64,000 nt of DNA from Faecalimonas sp. (lineage in GTDB: Bacteria; Bacillota; Clostridia; Lachnospirales; Lachnospiraceae): contig JAZQBW010000070.1 in assembly GCA_045545895.1 (NCBI GenBank), positions 17,089 to 81,088 of the forward strand, in the 5' to 3' direction. A program made the translations under genes and the position numbers. Positions 29,598 through 39,746 of this stretch are shown in pieces. Positions within the stretch are counted from its first letter, which is position 1. Each line of letters opens with the position of its first letter. The notes beneath the pieces are model-generated. The model saw only the letters and a list, made by a program, of their open reading frames with translations. It was not told the DNA's origin and made no database searches.

Positions 29598-30845
29598 ATG
29601 GCAGCAATGATTGAATTGAATGAAATACAAGAGAAAGTCATTTTAGTTGGCGTTAGCACAAGTGATCAGGATGACACGCAGAAATCTTTAGATGAATTAG
29701 AGGAATTGGCGGCCACAGCAGGTGCAATTACAGTGGGAAGAGTGGTGCAGAATCTGGATCAGATTCATCCAACAACCTACGTTGGCAAAGGGAAATTAGA
29801 GGAAATCAAGGACCTGCTTTGGGAAACGGAGGCAACTGGGATTATCTGTGATGACGAACTCAGTCCCATCCAATTGGGAAACATGGAGGATGCGCTGGAT
29901 ACCAAGGTCATGGACCGTACCTTGATTATCTTGGACATCTTTGCGGGGCGTGCATCCACCAATGAAGGCAAGATTCAGGTGGAACTTGCCCAGTTAAAGT
30001 ATAGACAATCCAGATTGACCGGTCTTGGGAAATCTCTTTCCAGGCTGGGTGGTGGAATTGGTACAAGAGGTCCAGGTGAGAAAAAACTGGAGATGGACCG
30101 GCGACTGATTAAAAATCGTATTGCACAGCTGAACCGGGAATTGAAGGATGTAAAAAGACATCGTGAGATTACAAGAGAACAGCGGAGCAGGAATAAAGTT
30201 CCGGTGGTTGCTATTGTAGGATATACCAATGCAGGGAAATCCACACTGTTAAACCATTTGACGGGAGCAGGAGTATTGGAAGAGGATAAGCTGTTTGCCA
30301 CCTTGGATCCTACCACACGGAATCTGAAACTGCCAAGCAAGCAGGAAATATTGATTACGGATACGGTAGGATTTATCCGAAAACTTCCCCATCATCTGAT
30401 TGAAGCTTTTCGAAGCACCTTGGAGGAAGCAAAGTATGCAGATATCATTCTCCACGTGGTGGATGCATCCAATCCACAGGTGGATGAGCAGATGTATATT
30501 GTCTATGAGACACTGCAGAATCTGGAAGTGAAAAATAAGCCGATTATTACTGCATTTAACAAGCAAGACAAGCTTCTTGGAGAACCGATTTTAAGGGACT
30601 TTAAAGCAGACCATATTGTGAGAATCTCAGCAAAGACCGGTGCAGGTCTGGATGAATTACAGTCAGTAATCGAGGAGGTACTCCGGGGCCAAAAGGTTCT
30701 CATTGAAAAACTGTATCCTTATGCAGAGGCAGGGAAGATTCAGTTGATTCGAAAGTATGGAGAACTTTTAGAGGAATCCTACCAGGAAGAGGGGATTTTC
30801 GCCAAAGGTTATGTGCCGATGGAAATTTATGAAAGAGTGAGATAA
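29598..30845 (+). CDS. hflX: GTPase HflX
   Basis: GGIGTRGPGEKKLE, GYTNAGKST, LFATLDPT, DTVGFI. Confidence 0.96.
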   Translation: MAAMIELNEIQEKVILVGVSTSDQDDTQKSLDELEELAATAGAITVGRVVQNLDQIHPTTYVGKGKLEEIKDLLWETEATGIICDDELSPIQLGNMEDALDTKVMDRTLIILDIFAGRASTNEGKIQVELAQLKYRQSRLTGLGKSLSRLGGGIGTRGPGEKKLEMDRRLIKNRIAQLNRELKDVKRHREITREQRSRNKVPVVAIVGYTNAGKSTLLNHLTGAGVLEEDKLFATLDPTTRNLKLPSKQEILITDTVGFIRKLPHHLIEAFRSTLEEAKYADIILHVVDASNPQVDEQMYIVYETLQNLEVKNKPIITAFNKQDKLLGEPILRDFKADHIVRISAKTGAGLDELQSVIEEVLRGQKVLIEKLYPYAEAGKIQLIRKYGELLEESYQEEGIFAKGYVPMEIYERVR

Positions 30846-30846
30846 G

Positions 30847-31410
30847 ATGAAAAATTATCAGATTACACAGTGGTGTCATCATTTTATAAGAGAGCATGTA
30901 AAGAAAGGCGATTTATGTATGGACGCCACAGCAGGAAATGGAAATGACACCTTGCTGCTTTGTGAATTGGTGGGTGAAACAGGAAAAGTGTTTGCTTTTG
31001 ATATTCAAGAACAGGCAGTTGAAAATACAAAAAGGCGTCTGGAAGAAGGTGGCGTCTTAGAACGGGCAGAGGTACTTTTGGATAGTCACACCAATATGAG
31101 TCGTTACGCCAGGGAGGATTCTGTAAGTTGCATTGTATTTAATTTTGGCTACCTTCCTGGGGGAGACCATAATCTGGCAACACGAAAGGAATCCAGCGTA
31201 GCCGCAATCCATGAAGGTCTCAGACTACTGAAAAAAGGCGGCATCATGAGTCTTTGTATCTATAGTGGCGGTGATAGTGGCTTTGAAGAGCGAGATGGGA
31301 TTTTGGCAGAATTGAAACAGTTGAATCCCAAAAAGTATCTTGTAGTTTTAAGCGAGTATTACAACAGGCCTAACAATCCGCCTATTCCGGTACTTGTTCT
31401 AAAATTATAA
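30847..31410 (+). CDS. mnmM: Class I SAM methyltransferase, YtqB/MnmM-like (tRNA mnm5s2U methylation)
   Basis: DATAGNGNDT, FDIQ, FNFGYLPGGD motifs. Confidence 0.7.
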   Translation: MKNYQITQWCHHFIREHVKKGDLCMDATAGNGNDTLLLCELVGETGKVFAFDIQEQAVENTKRRLEEGGVLERAEVLLDSHTNMSRYAREDSVSCIVFNFGYLPGGDHNLATRKESSVAAIHEGLRLLKKGGIMSLCIYSGGDSGFEERDGILAELKQLNPKKYLVVLSEYYNRPNNPPIPVLVLKL

Positions 31411-31423
31411 TTAGGAGGAGAAT

Positions 31424-34400
31424 ATGAGCCTGCAATTTATCATGGGACCTTCCGGTTCGGGAAAGTCCCATTACTTATATGAAAAAGTGACGGAAGAGTC
31501 ATTGCAAAATCCGAATAAGAACTACTTTGTAATTGTACCGGACCAGTTTACCATGCAAACCCAAAAGGACCTTGTGATGGCAAGTCCGAGAAAAGGGATT
31601 ATGAATGTGGACGTGCTTAGTTTCAATCGTCTTGCCTATCGCATTTTTGAAGAAACCGGTGGGAATCCGGGACAGGTTCTCAGTGATGTGGGAAAAAGTT
31701 TTGTTCTGCGAAAAGTTGCGGAGGATTATGAGTCTGAACTGAATCTTCTAAGAAGTAATATGAAAAAGACTGGTTTTATCGGAGAGTTAAAGGCAGTTAT
31801 CTCTGAGTTTATCCGCTATGATATCAGTGGCAATACCTTAGAACAAATGATGAGAGAAGTTGGTCCAACTACCAATCTTTATCACAAATTAAAGGATATT
31901 CACACCATATATCAAGGTTTTTGTCAGTATTTGCAAGGCAAGTACGTGATGGGGGAAGAACTGCTGGATTTACTTTGCCGTGTGGTTCCAAAATCTACTA
32001 TGTTGAAAAACAGCGTGGTTGTGTTGGATGGGTTTACCAGATTCACGCCAGTACAAAACCGGCTTCTTGGGGAACTTTTATCCGTGTGCGAAAAGGTTAT
32101 GGTAACCGTGACCGTAAGCCCTCATAAAAAGACCATGCCCCTCTTTGATTTGAGTGAGAAAATGATAGAGTCATTTGGCAAGATTGCCAGGGAGCGTCAT
32201 GTGGACATAGAAGCGCCGGTGCAACTTTATGAAAAGCCGGTTTATCGTTTCCGTGACAATCCGGCCCTTGGTTTTTTAGAGTCTCATTTGTTCCGCTATA
32301 CAAGGGAAACTTATGATGAGAAACAGGAGCAGATCCAGATATTCAGTGGAAAGAATCCAAAAGAAGAGATCGATTTTGTAGCTCAGGAAATTCGGCGTCT
32401 GGTACGTACAGAAGGTATGCATTATAGCGAAATAGCTGTGATTAACAGCCATATGGATGCCTATGCAGATCATACGGAAAAAATCTTTGCGAACTATGAT
32501 ATTCCTGTTTTCATGGATCACAAAAGAAGTATTTTGTTAAACTCTTTCGTAGAGTATTTGCGCAGCCTTCTGGCTATGGCAGAACAGAATTTTACATATG
32601 AAAGTGTATTCCGTTATCTGCGAACCGATTTGACAGAGTTTACGAGAGAAGAGGTAGACCTTTTAGAGAATTATTGTGTAGCACTGGGAATCCGGGGCTA
32701 TAAAAAATGGCAGGAAACCTGGATTCGCAGAAGCAGAGGAATGGAAGAAGCGGAACTGGCTGTCATTAATGATATCAGGAGGCGTTTTGTTCAGAGTATA
32801 GAAACCGTTATGGATGTGCTTAAGAGTCGCTCTAAGACGGTAGAAAGTGTGACAAGAGCACTTCATCAATTCCTTTGGGAGAATGAATTACAGCAAAGAG
32901 TAAAAGCATATGAAGATATGTTTGAAGTCCAAGGGGAATTGGCATTAGCCAAGGAGTATGCCCAGATTTACAAGATTGTAATGGATCTTTTTGACCAATT
33001 TGTAGAACTACTTGGGGATGAAAAACTGTCCATCAAAGAGTACTGTGATTTGTTGGATGCAGGTTTGGAGGAAGCAAAAGTAGGAATCATTCCACCAAGT
33101 CTGGATCAGGTAGTTGTGGGTGACATCGAAAGAACACGTATTAAGGATGTGAAGGTTCTTTTCTTTGTGGGAATCAACGACAGTTATATTCCGGGAAAGG
33201 CAAATGCAGGGGGACTTTTGTCAGAACGGGATCGAGAGAGATTTGAGGAGAAGGGGATTACGCTTGCCCCGAGTGCAAAGGAAAAGTCATTTATTCAGAA
33301 GTACTATTTATATCTGATTTTGACCAAGCCTTCCAAGCAGGTGGTGCTCACTTATAGTAGAGCCACATCGGAGGGAGGTTCTCTTCGTCCTGCATATTTG
33401 ATTATGGATTTACAAAAACTGTATCCTCAGATGAAGGTTCAGAAGATAGAACGGTCGGTATTAGAGCGAGAGCTTACAAAGCGAAGTGGCATCGCATATT
33501 TGGTGGAAGGCTTGCAGAATAAGCATGAAGGATTGAGCCGAGAATGGCAGGAACTTTATAGCTGGTATAAAAGTAGGCCGGAGTGGAGCCGACAGATTGA
33601 GCAGATTGTTGAGGCAGCTTTCTATCATAAACCAAGTGAGAGGCTGGCAAAAGAGGTGGCAGAGAAATTATATGGCACCCTTTTGTCCAATAGTGTAAGC
33701 AGACTGGAGAGATTCTCGGCATGTGCCTTTGCGCATTTTCTTACCTATGGCCTGCGCCTGCAAGAACGAGAGGTGTACCAATTTCAGGCAGTGGATTTGG
33801 GGAATTTATTCCATGGTGCCATGGAACGTTTTTCTAAGAAAATGGAGCAGGAGGGCTTCACCTGGATTACCGTAAATGAGGAACAAAAGGACAGATGGAT
33901 TGAGGAGAGTGTGGAGGAGTGTATTGTGGATTACGGCAATACCATTCTCTATAGCACTGCCAGAAATGAATATATGATTACCAGATTGAAACGAATGATG
34001 AGGCGTACTGTCTGGGCATTGACCAAGCAGTTGGAGAAAGGTGATTTTCTTCCGAAGGGTTATGAGATCGTCTATGACAGTGGTTCTATTCCTCTGGAAG
34101 AATATCATGCCATGCGGCTTTACGGAAAGATTGACCGAGTGGATGTGTGCGAGACAGAGGAACAGGTATATGTGAAGGTGATCGATTACAAAACCGGGGT
34201 AAAAGCCTTTGATTTGGGTGAACTTTATCATGGGTTGCAGATGCAGTTGGTAATCTACATGAATGCAGCAATGGAACTGGAGCAGAAAAAGCATCCGGGC
34301 AAGGTGGTTGTACCTGCGGGCATGTTTTACTATCAGATGAAAGACCCGATTATAGATAAAGGAGAGGAACTTTTAAAGGCACTTCGACCGGATGGGGTTG

Positions 34401-34798
34401 TCAATGCATCGGCAGAAGTATTGGAACACTTAGAGCATGGGCTTGAGGGCCAGTCTCTCATTCTTCCAATTGGACGAAATAAGGATGGAAGTCTTTCCAA
34501 GACATCAAAGGTGTTAAGGGAAGAGGACTTGAAAATGATTTCCCAATTTGCAGAACAAAAGACGAAAGAGATTGGGGAGAGAATTTTACAGGGAGAGGTA
34601 GAAGTATCTCCATATGTTATGGGGGATCGGACAGGTTGTAGTTATTGTCCGTATAAAGGAGTCTGTGGATTTGATGAAAAGATTCCGGGATACGAATACC
34701 GTAACCTTGGGAAAATCAGCAAAGAAGAGGCGCTGGAAAGTATGAGAGAGGAGGCGAAGGCGTGGGAATCCAATTTACAAGAGAACAACAACAAGTAA
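31424..34798 (+). CDS. addB: Helicase-nuclease subunit AddB
   Basis: GPSGSGKS, GKIDRVD..IDYKTG nuclease, Fe-S staple cysteines (FSACAF; CSYCPYKGVC). Confidence 0.93.
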   Translation: MSLQFIMGPSGSGKSHYLYEKVTEESLQNPNKNYFVIVPDQFTMQTQKDLVMASPRKGIMNVDVLSFNRLAYRIFEETGGNPGQVLSDVGKSFVLRKVAEDYESELNLLRSNMKKTGFIGELKAVISEFIRYDISGNTLEQMMREVGPTTNLYHKLKDIHTIYQGFCQYLQGKYVMGEELLDLLCRVVPKSTMLKNSVVVLDGFTRFTPVQNRLLGELLSVCEKVMVTVTVSPHKKTMPLFDLSEKMIESFGKIARERHVDIEAPVQLYEKPVYRFRDNPALGFLESHLFRYTRETYDEKQEQIQIFSGKNPKEEIDFVAQEIRRLVRTEGMHYSEIAVINSHMDAYADHTEKIFANYDIPVFMDHKRSILLNSFVEYLRSLLAMAEQNFTYESVFRYLRTDLTEFTREEVDLLENYCVALGIRGYKKWQETWIRRSRGMEEAELAVINDIRRRFVQSIETVMDVLKSRSKTVESVTRALHQFLWENELQQRVKAYEDMFEVQGELALAKEYAQIYKIVMDLFDQFVELLGDEKLSIKEYCDLLDAGLEEAKVGIIPPSLDQVVVGDIERTRIKDVKVLFFVGINDSYIPGKANAGGLLSERDRERFEEKGITLAPSAKEKSFIQKYYLYLILTKPSKQVVLTYSRATSEGGSLRPAYLIMDLQKLYPQMKVQKIERSVLERELTKRSGIAYLVEGLQNKHEGLSREWQELYSWYKSRPEWSRQIEQIVEAAFYHKPSERLAKEVAEKLYGTLLSNSVSRLERFSACAFAHFLTYGLRLQEREVYQFQAVDLGNLFHGAMERFSKKMEQEGFTWITVNEEQKDRWIEESVEECIVDYGNTILYSTARNEYMITRLKRMMRRTVWALTKQLEKGDFLPKGYEIVYDSGSIPLEEYHAMRLYGKIDRVDVCETEEQVYVKVIDYKTGVKAFDLGELYHGLQMQLVIYMNAAMELEQKKHPGKVVVPAGMFYYQMKDPIIDKGEELLKALRPDGVVNASAEVLEHLEHGLEGQSLILPIGRNKDGSLSKTSKVLREEDLKMISQFAEQKTKEIGERILQGEVEVSPYVMGDRTGCSYCPYKGVCGFDEKIPGYEYRNLGKISKEEALESMREEAKAWESNLQENNNK

Positions 34799-37700
34799 TT
34801 GACCTACGTGACCGAAATATTTTGGTATCCGCGGCTGCCGGTTCTGGAAAAACGGCAGTTTTGGTGGAACGGATTATTGCCAGACTTACAAAAGATGAGT
34901 CTCCCATTGATGTGGACCGACTTCTCATTGTAACTTATACGGAAGCGGCGGCTTCTGAGATGAAGGAACGTATTCGCAATGCAATTGAGAAGGCATTGGA
35001 GGAGCGCCCGGAGGATGTACATCTGCAAAGGCAATCCACTTTGATTCACCATGCTCAGGTGACAACCATCCATAGCTTTTGCTTGTCCGTGATTCGGGAT
35101 TACTTTCATACCATTGATTTGGATCCGGGATTTCGCATAGGAGAAGAAGGGGAACTAAAACTTCTCAAAAGAGATGTGCTTGAGGAATTGCTGGAAGAAT
35201 ATTTTACAGAAGGAACTCCTGCTTTTTTGGATTTTGTGGAATCTTTCGCGTCCGGGAAAAATGACAAGAAGTTAGAAGAACTTGTATTGCAGCTATACGA
35301 ATATTCCAGAAGTTATCCGAATCCGGAAAGGTGGCTGGATACCAACGCGGCTCAGTATCAGGTGGAGTCTGTAGAGGAACTTGAGAAGACGGAATTTGTT
35401 TCCTATTTCATGAAGGACATCCAGCGGTTGTTAAAGGATTTAGAAGAAAATGTCATGTTCGCCCAGGAACTTTGCAGGGAAGAAGATGGTCCGGCAGCCT
35501 ATCAAAAAACACTGGAATCGGATTTGAATCTGATTGTACACTTAAGACGTGCAAGTACCTACAGGGAATTGAGTGAGGCACTTTCAAAACTAAAATGGGA
35601 TAGACTATCTTCCAACCGGGACAAGATGGTTTCCGAGGAAAAAATCGCAATGGTGAAAAGCATCCGTGAGGAATGTAAAAAGACGGTGAACGCGATTGTG
35701 GAAGACTATTTCTATGACTCACCGGAGGCACTCTGGCATGATATGAAAGCGGCCAAGACCAACATGGATGTGCTTGGAGATTTGGTGAAGGCTTTTGCAA
35801 ATGCATATGCACAGAAGAAGCAGAGCAAGAATATGATTGACTTTGGGGATATGGAGCATTATGCACTTCGGATCTTGACGAAAGAGGTGGATGGAAGGTT
35901 TCTTCCAAGTGCTGTGGCGGAAGAATATCAAGAAAAGTTCCTGGAAGTCATGATTGATGAGTATCAGGATAGTAACCTGATACAGGAGGCGATTTTGACC
36001 AGCGTTTCTACCGTTTCCAAAGGGAAATATAATATTTTTATGGTAGGGGATGTGAAGCAGAGCATTTATCGTTTCCGACTGTCCAGACCGGAACTGTTCA
36101 TGGGGAAATACAGTACTTACTCCAGTGAAAGTGGGCCGGAGCAGAAGATTGATTTGCATAAGAATTTCCGTAGCAGGAGAGAAGTCTTAGAGAGCACCAA
36201 TTTTATCTTTGAACAGATTATGACAAAGGGATTTGGAGGAATTGCTTATGATGATCATGCTGCTCTTTATGTAGGGGCTGATTATGAGGATAAACCAGGA
36301 AATGAAACAGAGGTTTGTCTGATGGATGCTTCTGATTTGTCCCAAGGAGAAACGGTGCGGGAATTGGAAGCCAGGGCAGTTGCAAGGAAAATTAAGAAAA
36401 TAGTGGGAAGCCATTTGGTTTTTGATAAGCATACAGGGCTATACAGAGGAGCAGAGTATCGTGATGTGGTAATACTGGTGCGCAGTTTGAAAAGTTTTGC
36501 AGACACCTATTTGCGTGTACTGGGCGAAGAAGGGGTACCTGTTTACAGCAGCTCCAAAGAAGGCTATTTCGAAACAAGGGAGATTCAGAGTCTGTTGGAT
36601 TATCTTCGCATTCTGGACAATCCAAGGCAGGATATTTCTTTTGCAGCGGTTTTGACCTCACCTTTTGTTAACCTTTCCAGTGAGGATTTGGCAAGGATTC
36701 AAAGTGAAAGTAAGGGGAAAACCTTTTATGAGAAGGCATGTGCCTATGCGGCTTGTGGTGGTGAAAAGGGTACTGGAGCTGTGTCATCTGAAGTCTTGCA
36801 AAAGAAACTGCAGGATTTTCTAAAGCAGTATGAGGGATTTCGCCGGCAGATTCCTTATACAGCAATCCATGTATTGCTCTGGAAAATGATAGAAGAGACC
36901 GGCTATGGCAATTATGTTGCAGCGCTTCCGGGAGGAGAACAGAGGGCTGCTAATTTAGAAATGCTCATTGAAAAGGCGATTGCTTTTGAGGCTACCAGTT
37001 ACAAAGGGCTATTTCATTTTGTCCGTTATATCGAACAACTGCATAAATATGATGTGGACTATGGTGAGGCAAATGTAATAGAAGAGTCTACAGATGTGGT
37101 GCGTCTTATGAGTATTCATAAAAGTAAGGGGTTGGAATTCCCTATCGTATTTGTAGTTGGGATGGATAAACTGTTCAATATGCAGGATGCAAGAGCTAGT
37201 ATGGTCATCCACCCAGAATTTGGTGTGGGATTGGATGCTATAGATTTGGAATCCAGAACCAAGTCTCCTACCTTATTGAAGCGAATGATTCAGAAAGAGG
37301 TACAGAAGGAGTCGGTGGCAGAAGAACTTCGGATTCTTTATGTTGCCATGACTCGAGCAAAAGAAAAGCTGATTTTAACGGGTGTGATTTCCAACTTAGG
37401 AAGCCAGCTTCAAGGCCTTTTGGGGCTGCGTAGCCAGACCGAGATGCCCCTAAGCTATACTCGCATCATGAAGGCGAGATCATATTTTGATTGGGTCATA
37501 CCTGCACTGTATCGAAACCAAGTTTTTGCAAATGTGCTTAATAGACTTGGGCTGAATGTACCATTTCAAAATCCTCTTTATAAGAAAGAACTTCCAATGG
37601 TGGTAACATGGATAGAACAGGAAGAGTTGCTTATGGAGGAGCTGGAAGAAACATTTCGAGATGGGGTGACAAAACAAATCTTAAAAGCATGGGATACGAA

Positions 37701-38406
37701 TCAGGTATATGATGCAGATGTGAGAAGACAAGTGGAGGAACAGTTTGCATTCGACTACCCGTATGCGTCGGATTCCAAGACAAAGCAGAAGGTTTCTGTT
37801 TCCGAACTGAAGAAAAAAGCATATTTGGAGGATGAGGAAATAGAGGAGGTAGTGGTGATTCCACTTTTGCCGAAGTTTTTGCAAAAAGACAAAGAACTTT
37901 CCGGTGCATCACGGGGAACTGCCTACCATCGTGTGTTGGAACTTTTGGATTTTACCAAAGAATATGATGTGACAGCACTTCAGAAAGCCATTGCTAATAT
38001 GGTAGAAAAGGAATTGCTGACAGAAGAAATGGCGGAGTGTGTGGAAGCAGACCATATTTTAAAATTCTTGGATTCCACCATTGGACAACGTGTGCAAAGT
38101 GCAAGTAGACGAGGACAATTTCATACGGAGCAGCCATTCGTTTTGGCAGATGACAAATATGTGAAGGAAGGAACTTCAGAGGCAATGACCTTGGTTCAGG
38201 GAATCATCGACGTTTATTTTGAAGAAGATGGGGAGTTGGTAGTTTTGGATTACAAGACAGACCGAGTCCCATGCTTAGATGAGTTGAAAAGAAGATACCA
38301 GGTTCAGTTGGACTATTATGCAAAGGCGCTTTTACAGCTTACAGGCAAACAAGTAAAAGAGAAGGTGATTTATTCTTTTGCATTGGAAGCAGAAATCGAG
38401 GTGTAG
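34762..38406 (+). CDS. addA: Helicase-nuclease subunit AddA
   Basis: AAAGSGKT, DEYQD, VGDVKQSIYRFR, IHKSKGLEF, YVAMTRA, GIID...DYKTD. Confidence 0.96.
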   Translation: MGIQFTREQQQVIDLRDRNILVSAAAGSGKTAVLVERIIARLTKDESPIDVDRLLIVTYTEAAASEMKERIRNAIEKALEERPEDVHLQRQSTLIHHAQVTTIHSFCLSVIRDYFHTIDLDPGFRIGEEGELKLLKRDVLEELLEEYFTEGTPAFLDFVESFASGKNDKKLEELVLQLYEYSRSYPNPERWLDTNAAQYQVESVEELEKTEFVSYFMKDIQRLLKDLEENVMFAQELCREEDGPAAYQKTLESDLNLIVHLRRASTYRELSEALSKLKWDRLSSNRDKMVSEEKIAMVKSIREECKKTVNAIVEDYFYDSPEALWHDMKAAKTNMDVLGDLVKAFANAYAQKKQSKNMIDFGDMEHYALRILTKEVDGRFLPSAVAEEYQEKFLEVMIDEYQDSNLIQEAILTSVSTVSKGKYNIFMVGDVKQSIYRFRLSRPELFMGKYSTYSSESGPEQKIDLHKNFRSRREVLESTNFIFEQIMTKGFGGIAYDDHAALYVGADYEDKPGNETEVCLMDASDLSQGETVRELEARAVARKIKKIVGSHLVFDKHTGLYRGAEYRDVVILVRSLKSFADTYLRVLGEEGVPVYSSSKEGYFETREIQSLLDYLRILDNPRQDISFAAVLTSPFVNLSSEDLARIQSESKGKTFYEKACAYAACGGEKGTGAVSSEVLQKKLQDFLKQYEGFRRQIPYTAIHVLLWKMIEETGYGNYVAALPGGEQRAANLEMLIEKAIAFEATSYKGLFHFVRYIEQLHKYDVDYGEANVIEESTDVVRLMSIHKSKGLEFPIVFVVGMDKLFNMQDARASMVIHPEFGVGLDAIDLESRTKSPTLLKRMIQKEVQKESVAEELRILYVAMTRAKEKLILTGVISNLGSQLQGLLGLRSQTEMPLSYTRIMKARSYFDWVIPALYRNQVFANVLNRLGLNVPFQNPLYKKELPMVVTWIEQEELLMEELEETFRDGVTKQILKAWDTNQVYDADVRRQVEEQFAFDYPYASDSKTKQKVSVSELKKKAYLEDEEIEEVVVIPLLPKFLQKDKELSGASRGTAYHRVLELLDFTKEYDVTALQKAIANMVEKELLTEEMAECVEADHILKFLDSTIGQRVQSASRRGQFHTEQPFVLADDKYVKEGTSEAMTLVQGIIDVYFEEDGELVVLDYKTDRVPCLDELKRRYQVQLDYYAKALLQLTGKQVKEKVIYSFALEAEIEV

Positions 38407-38409
38407 TAG

Positions 38410-38694
38410 GTGGACATCATTATAATCTATTTGTGTTTGGTAAATGTAGTGGCTTTTGGGCTTTACGGACTAGACAAGCGGAAAGCAATCAAGAAGAAAA
38501 AAGACAAAAGCTGTAGAAGAATCCCGGAAAAGGTGCTCCTTTGTTGGGCCATCATAGGTGGATCCGTGGGTTCCTATGTGGGGATGCGGTTTTACAACCA
38601 TAAGACCAAAAAACCAATATTTTTCATTGGGATTCCGGTGATATTGGGAATTCAGGTAGCCATAGCAGTGTATTTGTGGGGTTTTTTGTTTTAA
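38410..38694 (+). CDS. DUF1294 family membrane protein
   Basis: YGLDKRKA..RIPEK.L...GGSVG...HKTKK pattern. Confidence 0.85.
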   Translation: MDIIIIYLCLVNVVAFGLYGLDKRKAIKKKKDKSCRRIPEKVLLCWAIIGGSVGSYVGMRFYNHKTKKPIFFIGIPVILGIQVAIAVYLWGFLF

Positions 38695-38776
38695 ATTCGG
38701 CTGGATGTCATGTGGTGAGTGAATAGGGATAGGAAAAATGGAAATCCTTTTATCAGTATAGAAAGGGGATTTGATT

Positions 38777-38962
38777 ATGCCTTCACAGAAAAAGAAAAAT
38801 GACGAAATAGAAAAAATGAAGTATGAAATTGCAGAAGAATTAGGCCTTTTAGATAAAGTCTTAGAAGGTGGTTGGCGTTCGCTTACATCCAAGGAGACAG
38901 GCAGAATTGGTGGACTCATTACAAAAAAGCGTCGTGAATTACAAAAAACAGAAGAAAATTAA
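38777..38962 (+). CDS. Alpha/beta-type small acid-soluble spore protein
   Basis: KYEIAEELG and LTSKETGRIGG signatures. Confidence 0.88.
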   Translation: MPSQKKKNDEIEKMKYEIAEELGLLDKVLEGGWRSLTSKETGRIGGLITKKRRELQKTEEN

Positions 38963-38967
38963 ACTAT

Positions 38968-39018
38968 TGTGAACAATCTGTGGATAACCTTGAAAAATAG
39001 AATATGATTTGCTATAAT
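38968..39018 (+). promoter_or_regulatory. Two DnaA-box-like sites abutting a sigmaA promoter
   Basis: TGTGAACAA (38968) and perfect TGTGGATAA (38979), then TTGAAA-17-TATAAT (38990-39018). Confidence 0.6.
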
Positions 39019-39047
39019 CATAAAATCGAAAATCAACAGGTGAGATT

Positions 39048-39587
39048 ATGAGTAACAAGATACAAATACAGAATGGACAGGCCGATGGCTATACAGCCAA
39101 GGAAGCCATGAGACGTGTGGTAGAGGCAATGCAGGTCAGAACCGCTCATGCAATAGAGGTCTTCGCCATAGAAGATGAAAAAGGATTGGAAGCGGAGAGT
39201 CTTTTGTTTGTAAAGATGTTCATGCGCTTCTTACATAAGAACCAAGGAAGAGTGTTACTTCTTGCAGAGAATGATATTATGCTCTCGGAATTGGTGCAAT
39301 ACGTGAAAGAGAATTATGAAAAGATTCGTGTGGTAGAGATTGCCAATTTGGTGGAGCACGGTATTTCAGCAGATATGATATTGAACCGCATCAATGGTGC
39401 AGAGGCGGAATACATTATTGCAGCCCTGCCTACAGAAGTTCAGGATGATTTTATCGGTCAGTACCGAAGTGCTCTGGATGCGAAGATTTGGTTTGGCATT
39501 GGTACCCATTTAAAACAGAAGGAATCACATTGGTTTCAAAAGCTTCGGAGTGTACTGCTTCGATATTTTTCCAAAAAAGAAAAATAA
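39048..39587 (+). CDS. Hypothetical protein, remote WecB/TagA/CpsF-like
   Basis: RVLLL...ILNRINGAEAEYIIAALP...Q..FI...IWFGIG resembles the TagA C-terminal half. Confidence 0.55.
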   Translation: MSNKIQIQNGQADGYTAKEAMRRVVEAMQVRTAHAIEVFAIEDEKGLEAESLLFVKMFMRFLHKNQGRVLLLAENDIMLSELVQYVKENYEKIRVVEIANLVEHGISADMILNRINGAEAEYIIAALPTEVQDDFIGQYRSALDAKIWFGIGTHLKQKESHWFQKLRSVLLRYFSKKEK

Positions 39588-39602
39588 ATGACATAGAAAA
39601 TT

Positions 39603-39644
39603 GAGGAAATAACCAAAAAAATGTTATTTCCTCTTTCTTTTTTT
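39603..39644 (+). terminator. Intrinsic terminator
   Basis: gaggaaataac/gttatttcctc stem plus T-rich tail. Confidence 0.7.
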
Positions 39645-39746
39645 GTCATTTTGCATTATCATATAGAAAGGTGTAGGCATTTTTGTGTTTTTTCACAAAA
39701 ACACATTGGGCAATATGCATAGAAGAAAACGTACGGAGGAAAGAAC

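Noticed and set aside
31921-38185. Many 60-160 aa antisense or alternate-frame ORFs within addBA (and similarly in other genes)
   Set aside because: No recognisable motifs; expected shadow ORFs of long genes
31424-38406. Helicase-nuclease pair as a novel defence system
   Set aside because: Standard AddAB recombination complex with the usual gene overlap
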